Shown piece by piece: positions 57,922 through 64,000 of a stretch of 64,000 nucleotides of DNA. Position numbers and translations under genes: made by a program. Numbering within the stretch: the stretch's first letter is position 1; each line of letters begins with the position of its first letter. Below the pieces are notes generated by a model. It searched no databases, was not told the DNA's origin, and saw nothing but the letters and a program-made list of their open reading frames with translations. The stretch is from Candidatus Iainarchaeum sp. (GTDB taxonomy: Archaea > Iainarchaeota > Iainarchaeia > Iainarchaeales > GCA-2688035): contig JAFCCL010000006.1 of the NCBI GenBank assembly GCA_017610205.1, positions 1 through 64,000 of the forward strand, read 5' to 3'.

Positions 57922-58805
57922 GGGTAAAATTCATGCTTTTTTCAATTGAAAGAGCAAACAAGGTCAACAGGCATTTTGTTTGGATTGGAGAAAAACTAAA
58001 AACTATTTTTTCAAATTTCAAATATACTCTTATGCAGTCAGATCTTAAAATTTCTACTGAAAAATATTTAACAGCGGCATTTTTTAGCGCACTTGTATAC
58101 GGTTTGCTTTTCTTCGTGTTTATTTATGGATTGCAGTTTGCAAGAGACGGAACAGTTACTGCAGAAGGCAATATCATATCGTTTGTTGTAGGCCTTATGT
58201 TCTTTGTCATTTTCTTCATTCTGCACATAATCTACCCCGGAATTATGGCAAAACAGCATGCAACAGGAATTGACCAAAATCTTTTGTTTGCATTGAAAAG
58301 CATGATGATTCAGGTAAGCAGTGGAGTTTCATTGTTTGACTCAATGATAAACATAGGCAATGAAGATTACGGAATTGTAAGCAAAGAGTTTGCAGAATTG
58401 ACAAAAAAAATAAGTTCAGGAGAAGGCGAAGTAAAAGCCCTTGAAAAAATGGCTTTAAGCACAAAAAGCGATTATCTTAGAAAAACCACTTGGCAACTGT
58501 TAACATCTTTGAGAAGCGGAGCTTCTTTGGAGAGTGCCTTAAAATCAATTGTTGAAACACTTTCAAACAATCAGGCAAGGGCAATAAAAAATTATGCAGC
58601 TGAGTTAAATCTGTGGATTTTGGTTTATTTGCTTTTGGCAGTAGCTATTCCAACTATGGGAGTAACCTTTTTGGTTATTCTTTCCGCATTAGGCGGTGTA
58701 TCTATTGGACCAGAACTTATTATACTGATTGTATTGGGGGCATTTGCAATGCAAATTATTTTGATTGGATTTGTCAAAAACAGAATGCCAAAGGTGATTG
58801 CATGA
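57918..58805 (+). CDS. pilus assembly platform membrane protein (T2SS F/TadC-like)
   Basis: TM helices plus LLFALKSM..SSGVSL...SKEF; follows the ATPase. Confidence 0.88.
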   Translation: MRVKFMLFSIERANKVNRHFVWIGEKLKTIFSNFKYTLMQSDLKISTEKYLTAAFFSALVYGLLFFVFIYGLQFARDGTVTAEGNIISFVVGLMFFVIFFILHIIYPGIMAKQHATGIDQNLLFALKSMMIQVSSGVSLFDSMINIGNEDYGIVSKEFAELTKKISSGEGEVKALEKMALSTKSDYLRKTTWQLLTSLRSGASLESALKSIVETLSNNQARAIKNYAAELNLWILVYLLLAVAIPTMGVTFLVILSALGGVSIGPELIILIVLGAFAMQIILIGFVKNRMPKVIA

Positions 58806-59842
58806 GTAAAACAGCAAGTGGAACATATGAAAGGGTGTGCAAAACAGTCTGCGAAATTGTTCCACAGGAAAGAAGAGTTGCAAAAGTTTTTCCAAAGCTT
58901 AAGTATGCTGGCATAAAAGAAAATTTTGATGTCTGGATTGGAAAAAGAATGATTTTGGTTTTCTTTGCAGGAGTAATTGGATTTCTTTTGCCTTTGGCTC
59001 TTGGAAGATACTTTGCATTTCTTGACTTTTCAGCCTTTGTAATGCCTTTGTTTGAAGCAATAGGTCTTGGAATTGCTTTTGCACTTGCAGCAGTGCTTGC
59101 AGTTTACCTTCATCTTTATTACACAATTGAAGGCCGTGCTTCAATGGTTGAAGCAATTTTGCCTGACTTTTTGATGCTTGTAGCAAGCAATATTAGTGCA
59201 GGAATGACTCCTTTTTCAGCATTTAGGGAAGGTGCAAGGAAAGAATTTGGGCCTTTAAGTGAGGAAATAAAAATTGCTTCTGCAAAAAGCCTTGGAACAA
59301 AAAGCTTTGGACTAGCCCTAAAACAGCTTACAGTAAAAATAAATTCAAAGATTTTGAGGGAAACAGTTTCATTCTTTGCACAGTCTCTGAAAAGCGGAGG
59401 CAAGCTCTCAAAGCTTCTTGAAACAAGCGCCCTTGACTTAAGAAGGACACAGGAAATGAAAAAGGATTTGGCTTCAAGTACAAGAATGTATATAATGTTT
59501 GTTGCATTTGTAATAGTAATCGCAACCCCATTGCTTTTAGGAGTATCAATTCAATTCCTTGAAATGATTTCCACTGTACAGGGAGAGCAATTGTCACAGG
59601 GAAGCCAAGGAATTTCAAGCGTTACGTTTCTTTCATCAGAATTGAATGTAAAACCAGCCTTTATGCTAAACCTTTCCTATATTTTGCTTACTGGAAATGC
59701 AATTCTTGCATCGCTCTTTATAGGAGTTATTGGAGGCGGAAAGGCAAAAATGGGCTTAAGATATACTCCTGCAATTCTAATTTCCTCAATAATTGTGTTT
59801 GTTTTCCTTGAACAAATTCTTAATTCAATGTTTGGAATTTAA
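58802..59842 (+). CDS. pilus assembly platform membrane protein (T2SS F/TadC-like)
   Basis: LPDFLMLVASNISAGMTP..EFGPLSEEI and SGG.L..LL motifs. Confidence 0.9.
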   Translation: MSKTASGTYERVCKTVCEIVPQERRVAKVFPKLKYAGIKENFDVWIGKRMILVFFAGVIGFLLPLALGRYFAFLDFSAFVMPLFEAIGLGIAFALAAVLAVYLHLYYTIEGRASMVEAILPDFLMLVASNISAGMTPFSAFREGARKEFGPLSEEIKIASAKSLGTKSFGLALKQLTVKINSKILRETVSFFAQSLKSGGKLSKLLETSALDLRRTQEMKKDLASSTRMYIMFVAFVIVIATPLLLGVSIQFLEMISTVQGEQLSQGSQGISSVTFLSSELNVKPAFMLNLSYILLTGNAILASLFIGVIGGGKAKMGLRYTPAILISSIIVFVFLEQILNSMFGI

Positions 59843-60027
59843 ATTAATCAAACTTGCTCAAAAAGTAAGTATTTAGTTGGGTCTATCTTCAAGGCTCAGA
59901 AATGCGTTAAAACTGCCAAAATTGAAAAATAGCACTCAGTGACTAAATACGTACCTCAAAAAAAAGCTTTATATAGAAGAAAACACTAATTAAAACCAGT
60001 TTTATTAAATTAAACGGAGGGAAAAAG

Positions 60028-60486
60028 ATGAAGTTTAAAGGTCAAGGGACAACAGAATATCTGATAATCCTTGCAGTTATAATTGTAGTTGCATTGGTTG
60101 TTGTCGGCGTAATGGGCTGGTTTCCAGGACTTGGAACAGGCATTACAGAAAGCCAGAGCAAAGCATACTGGAAAAGCGCTTCGCCAATAGCAATAACCGA
60201 CTGGAAAATCACAGGAACTGCAGCAGATGCCACATTCTCTTTACAGAATCTGACAACCGACAAAATATCGGTTACTGAGATAACAATTGATGGCGCAGCA
60301 ATTGGATTGGCAGACGTCAACATTGCAGCAGGAGACACCAACGGAAGCGTTACAGGCTCAACAGGCATTGCATGCTCAAGCGGCTCAAGCTACCAATACA
60401 ATATATCAATAAGCTATGATGTTGTAGGCGGAATTTCAGGCAAGACCGAAACAGGGCAAAAGCCATTAGTTGGAAGCTGTCCATAA
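60028..60486 (+). CDS. probable major pilin (class III signal peptide)
   Basis: MKFKG|QGTTEYLIILAVIIVVALVVVGVMG; strong GGAGG RBS, own TATA and a downstream hairpin. Confidence 0.88.
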   Translation: MKFKGQGTTEYLIILAVIIVVALVVVGVMGWFPGLGTGITESQSKAYWKSASPIAITDWKITGTAADATFSLQNLTTDKISVTEITIDGAAIGLADVNIAAGDTNGSVTGSTGIACSSGSSYQYNISISYDVVGGISGKTETGQKPLVGSCP

Positions 60487-60505
60487 AAAAAAGTGTTTTA
60501 TTCAA

Positions 60506-60540
60506 TGGGAAGCATTGTACTTCCCACTATTTTTCATTTT
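60506..60540 (+). terminator. hairpin plus T-rich tract after the pilin
   Basis: TGGGAAG-CATTGTA-CTTCCCA followed by CTATTTTTCATTTT. Confidence 0.55.
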
Positions 60541-60563
60541 GTTAAATTTAAGTAGGCTATATT

Positions 60564-60860
60564 CTAAAATATTGAAAAACCCATAAAAATAAAGTAAGCA
60601 TAGAAAAACACCTGCGCAAGAATTAATGCAGACGAAGTAAAAATTGTCGACTTCCTGTTTTTTGAAAACCTTTTAACAAAATTCAGCAATAGTACAATAA
60701 GAAAAAGAATTAATGGAAGTGAAAGAATAAAAATGTTCAACACCCACTTTTCAGGAATTCCCCAAACAAACCAAGTTGAAATTATCTTGTAGGCAAAATT
60801 TACCCCAGGCAACACAGCCAGAAAAGAAATTACTATAAAGGCAAGGTTTAATTTTTTCAT
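60564..60860 (-). CDS. small three-TM membrane protein
   Basis: 98 aa with three hydrophobic segments. Confidence 0.6.
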   Translation of the reverse strand: MKKLNLAFIVISFLAVLPGVNFAYKIISTWFVWGIPEKWVLNIFILSLPLILFLIVLLLNFVKRFSKNRKSTIFTSSALILAQVFFYAYFIFMGFSIF

Positions 60861-60899
60861 TCAAAAAAAGAAAAGGAACAAAACCTATTTAATTGAAAT

Positions 60900-60918
60900 G
60901 CCTCAGTCCGCCCATCTT
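60900..60918 (-). repeat. copy of the 3' end of the C/D sRNA (19/19)
   Basis: GCCTCAGTCCGCCCATCTT is identical to 63251-63269. Confidence 0.9.
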
Positions 60919-60948
60919 ATTTGAAAGATGAAGATTTAATTCCATTTT

Positions 60949-61398
60949 TTAAGAGTTCTTGGATTTAACGATGTCTTTTGCTTTTTCAATGAATTTTTCC
61001 GCTTTGTCATATAACTCGCTTAGGTTTTCCTCAAACTTCACTCTTGTGACATTGTATTGAACTTCCTGTCTTAGTCCCCTCAACAAATCAAATAATGATA
61101 AGTCCTCTGAGCTGAGCATTCCTTTTTCGCTGAATTTTTCTTCCAGGTATTTCTGCAGGCAATAGTGGCTTTTCTCCTTTACTCCATGCAAATAAAGTAT
61201 TGCTCTTGCTGCATGAAAAGCCGCATTGTACATTGCTATTGCAGCCATCTCTTCCTTTTTAATGTTTATTAAATCAAAACTTTCATTCAGAAAAAATTCA
61301 GCTTGTGCAAGATCCTGCAATGCAAGCCTCTTGCTTTTAGTGGTTTTCTTGAGTAATCCTTTCTCAAAACAATCATCAACCTCAGTCAAGTTCTTCAC
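60949..61398 (-). CDS. HEPN-domain protein (MNT-HEPN module)
   Basis: YNAAFHAARAILY..G.KEKSHYC and R...QY motifs. Confidence 0.88.
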   Translation of the reverse strand: MKNLTEVDDCFEKGLLKKTTKSKRLALQDLAQAEFFLNESFDLINIKKEEMAAIAMYNAAFHAARAILYLHGVKEKSHYCLQKYLEEKFSEKGMLSSEDLSLFDLLRGLRQEVQYNVTRVKFEENLSELYDKAEKFIEKAKDIVKSKNS

Positions 61399-61939
61399 CT
61401 TCTAAGACAATTGATTTAGCCCTTATTTGCTGCAACAATTCTGTTTTCTCTTTTTCCATTAAATCAACTTTGCTTTTAGTCAACGTAATTAACTGCACAT
61501 CTCTTTTTAGCTGGTTACTCAGCTCTCTTTTGATTTGGCTTATTAAAAGCGAATCTGGCTTTTTTTTAAAATAAATTGCCAAATCAATATCACTGTCACC
61601 AGTCATTTTTCCGGTCGCAGCACTGCCAAACAAGTAAACGCCTAAAGGCCGTAACTTGACCAAGTTTTTAAATGGCCTGGTTATTGTGATTTCATGCACA
61701 AGAATAGTTCTCAGTATGCTTGTCGTTAGAGGATTATTATAATTCAGACTGAAAATTTTTCGGTTCTTTTGTTTTGCCACCACAACAATTTTTTTTAGTG
61801 CAAGCTTTGTCATTATTTTGTGAACAGTACTTGGAGCAAGACCTGTTTTTTCAGCAAGCTCTCGCAGATAGTATTTCTTATTCAAAAGAAGCTCTAATAG
61901 TCGAAATGTGCTTTCATTAAGAAAATCAATATTACCCAT
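61382..61939 (-). CDS. HTH-fused minimal nucleotidyltransferase (MNT antitoxin)
   Basis: YLRELAEKTGLAPSTV HTH and YLFGSAATG...DSDIDLAI motif. Confidence 0.9.
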   Translation of the reverse strand: MGNIDFLNESTFRLLELLLNKKYYLRELAEKTGLAPSTVHKIMTKLALKKIVVVAKQKNRKIFSLNYNNPLTTSILRTILVHEITITRPFKNLVKLRPLGVYLFGSAATGKMTGDSDIDLAIYFKKKPDSLLISQIKRELSNQLKRDVQLITLTKSKVDLMEKEKTELLQQIRAKSIVLEGEELD

Positions 61940-61950
61940 GTAATAATACC

Positions 61951-61974
61951 AAACGTTCATATATAAAAACGTTT
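61951..61974. promoter_or_regulatory. palindromic operator over the TATA of the MNT-HEPN operon
   Basis: AAACGTT-CATATATAAA-AACGTTT. Confidence 0.55.
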
Positions 61975-61996
61975 CGTTCACACAGAAAAACAATAA

Positions 61997-62015
61997 AGCC
62001 TCAGTCCACCCATCT
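61997..62015 (-). repeat. copy of the 3' end of the C/D sRNA (18/19)
   Basis: AGCCTCAGTCCACCCATCT versus AGCCTCAGTCCGCCCATCT at 63250-63268. Confidence 0.9.
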
Positions 62016-62057
62016 CTCTCGAAAAATGAAGAAAGACTTACAAGACCTTGAAAAGCA

Positions 62058-62288
62058 TTATTTTAGAAACTTAGCCAGTTCTTCAATGTCAAGGTTAGCT
62101 TGCCTTAGAATGGATTTCATTGTACCTGTTCTAATCACTTGTTTCAAAGGAATAATAACAGTAAGCTTTCTTCCGCTTGCAAATTTCCTGAGCTTTACAT
62201 GACTCCCCCTCTGCTTGACAGATTTAAAGCCAGCCTTCTCCAAAGCTTTAATTACTTCCTTTCCTGAAAGAACTGGAAACTTAGGCAC
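62058..62288 (-). CDS. hicA: HicA family mRNA interferase toxin
   Basis: SGKEVIKALEKAGF..QRGSHVKL..GTMKSILRQA. Confidence 0.92.
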   Translation of the reverse strand: MPKFPVLSGKEVIKALEKAGFKSVKQRGSHVKLRKFASGRKLTVIIPLKQVIRTGTMKSILRQANLDIEELAKFLK

Positions 62289-62490
62289 AGGCTTTCACTT
62301 CAAAAGTAGTGACAAAAGGAGCAATATCTGAAAGCTTTATGTCCTTCTTGTCTTCCAAATAGAGTTCAACAGCCTCTTTCAAATTAGCCAGAGCATCTTC
62401 TATTGAATTGCCTTGCGAAGCAACATCAAGCTCAGGGCACAAAGCAACATACTCGCCCTCTTCTTTACTAATTACTGCAGATAATCTCAA
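62281..62490 (-). CDS. hicB: HicB family antitoxin
   Basis: YVALCPELDVASQG.S.EDALANLKEAVELYLE. Confidence 0.92.
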   Translation of the reverse strand: MRLSAVISKEEGEYVALCPELDVASQGNSIEDALANLKEAVELYLEDKKDIKLSDIAPFVTTFEVKACA

Positions 62491-62631
62491 AATATCACCT
62501 AGTATATTTAATGGATAAACAGTATAAAAAAAGATTTGTTTCCCACCAATTTAACTCTAAAAATGAGCTCAGGCGTGCAATATGGTAGAAAGATAATATT
62601 TAATTGTTTAAGATGCATCATTCTGTTAAAG

Positions 62632-63231
62632 ATGACTCCGAAGAAAGCAATTAGAAAAAGAGAAGCTAGAGTAACACAAAATCTGAAAAAAACGCTTGCG
62701 AGATTAAGACCGAAGCTGAAACCTTTCTTAGCAAATCCAAAACCCATAACTGTCGAACAACTTCGAGCAGGCGACATACTATTTTTTAGGCCGAAATCTG
62801 ATTCAGCTATTATAAGAAAGTGCCTTGCATATGGACACCCGTTTTCGCACATGGCACTCTACATTGGAAATGGTAAAATGTTTAATTTGGCAAAAACCGC
62901 AAGACTGCCACTGGCCGAAACCGTGTTAGCAACTTATGGGGCACCCTTTGTTTTAAGACCGGAAATTACTAAGAGGCAAACAGAAAAAATTGCTGAAAAA
63001 GCAAAAGAGGCTGTTGGAGAAAAGCATAATAAAAAAGTAGAGAAGATGGTTCAGCTAAGCGAATTGACAAACATCGGATTCAAAAAAGCAAGAACCAAAG
63101 GATTCAACTGCACAAATGTAATATCATTTATTTTCTCAGAAGCAGGAATGGACGTGACACCAGGGGTGCATCCTCTAAGAGCCGGACCCTCACATTTCCT
63201 CCGAAACAAAAGACTCAGAAGAATAAACTAA
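62632..63231 (+). CDS. permuted papain-like NlpC/P60 (YiiX/YaeF-like) protein with basic termini
   Basis: LRAGDILFF, FSHMALYIGNG and FNCTNVI...AG motifs (His precedes Cys). Confidence 0.75.
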   Translation: MTPKKAIRKREARVTQNLKKTLARLRPKLKPFLANPKPITVEQLRAGDILFFRPKSDSAIIRKCLAYGHPFSHMALYIGNGKMFNLAKTARLPLAETVLATYGAPFVLRPEITKRQTEKIAEKAKEAVGEKHNKKVEKMVQLSELTNIGFKKARTKGFNCTNVISFIFSEAGMDVTPGVHPLRAGPSHFLRNKRLRRIN

Positions 63232-63250
63232 CCCAATAAAAATATTCACA

Positions 63251-63313
63251 GCCTCAGTCCGCCCATCTTTCTTCATTGCTTGCGCTCTGTGTCATCGTCA
63301 GTTCATCATCGGC
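63251..63313 (-). ncRNA. archaeal box C/D guide sRNA
   Basis: GCCG-ATGATGA(C)-ACTGACGATGACA-CAGA(D')-GCGCAAGCA-ATGAAGA(C')-AAGATGGGCGGA-CTGA(D)-GGC. Terminal GCC/GGC stem, 13- and 12-nt guides, TATA-like TTTAAAG ~25 nt upstream. Confidence 0.88.
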
Positions 63314-63421
63314 AATTAAATTGTACTGCGAATGGCTTTAAAGAATAGGTATTCTTACAATTTTAGAGGCTACCACGCCTCTCGGTTATCTTTTAAAGAA
63401 GTTTTAAACCCATTTTTTTTA

Positions 63422-64000
63422 ATGCTAACTGTAATGAAGTTTGGTGGTAGTATTCTTTCAAGCGAAAGCCAGCTTAAGCGGGTTACCCAAGTTGTTAAAA
63501 AGCGCAGGGAACGGGAAGATGTTTTGATTGTTGTCTCTGCATTGAAAGGGGTTACCAATTCTCTTATTGGGATTGCAAACAAGGCACTTGAAGGCAGCGA
63601 CTTCAAAGAAGAATTTGTAGCAGTAAAAAAACTGCATCTTGAAATGCTTTCAGGCATCAAAGCCAAGAATTATGTGAAAGAGACTGAGAAAGGGCTGCTT
63701 GAAGAGTTTTCTCTGCTTGAAAGGGCACTGCAGGGAATTTTGTGCCTTAAAGAGCTTTCTCCGAGAAGCCTTGATCTTGTGCAGACAGCGGGAGAGAGAC
63801 TATGTGTTTTGCTTCTATTCGCCTATCTTTTGGATGAAAACATTCAGGCAATTGCCTTTGACGGAAGAAAGCAGGGCATTGTAACAAACTCTGATTTTGG
63901 CAGAGCTAGGCCTTTGATGGATGAAACCAAAAAAAAGCTGGAAAAAACGAAGGGATTTGTACACAGCAATGTCCTGATTTTCCCAGGCTTTTTTGGAGTT
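63422..64000 (+). CDS. lysC: aspartate kinase (runs off the window end; not in the ORF track)
   Basis: MLTVMKFGGSIL...VVSALKGVTNSL...GERL...TNSDFGRA..PGFFG. Confidence 0.9.
   Translation, partial: MLTVMKFGGSILSSESQLKRVTQVVKKRREREDVLIVVSALKGVTNSLIGIANKALEGSDFKEEFVAVKKLHLEMLSGIKAKNYVKETEKGLLEEFSLLERALQGILCLKELSPRSLDLVQTAGERLCVLLLFAYLLDENIQAIAFDGRKQGIVTNSDFGRARPLMDETKKKLEKTKGFVHSNVLIFPGFFGV

Noticed and set aside
1-64000. CRISPR array or cas genes
   Set aside because: No regularly spaced repeat-spacer series was seen. The three 18-19-nt repeats at 60.9-63.3 kb are over 1 kb apart and flank whole genes.

Overview
This is an AT-rich archaeal chromosome segment. Evidence for Archaea includes a BHB-type tRNA intron, a box C/D sRNA, Dph5, a porGDAB operon, class III signal-peptide pilins and TATA/BRE promoters. 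The compact gene set and many lysine/arginine-rich orphans suggest a DPANN lineage, possibly Iainarchaeota/Diapherotrites (inference only). The housekeeping backbone (pyrG, dph5, porGDAB with an intein in porB, polX, peptidases, speB, nucS, eno, prs, scpB, rnhB, aspartokinase) is interspersed with two TnpA-only IS200/IS605 elements, a dead ISH3-type IS, several pseudogenes and a type IV pilus locus (48.4-60.5 kb). Two regions stand out. (1) A ~7 kb island lies between a truncated and an intact copy of the nucS 5' end. It carries a GbsR-type regulator with a candidate operator, a 29-aa amphipathic peptide, a tetraether-synthase (Tes/GDGT-MAS)-like radical SAM enzyme, two paralogous tocopherol-cyclase/CrtC-like proteins and a UbiA prenyltransferase: a candidate mobile lipid-remodelling pathway. 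(2) An unannotated box C/D guide sRNA (63251-63313, minus strand) has its 3'-terminal 18-19 nt repeated directly after each of two toxin-antitoxin cassettes, suggesting the sRNA gene serves as an integration site for tandem cassette accretion. All product calls come from motif recognition by eye; no database searches were run.
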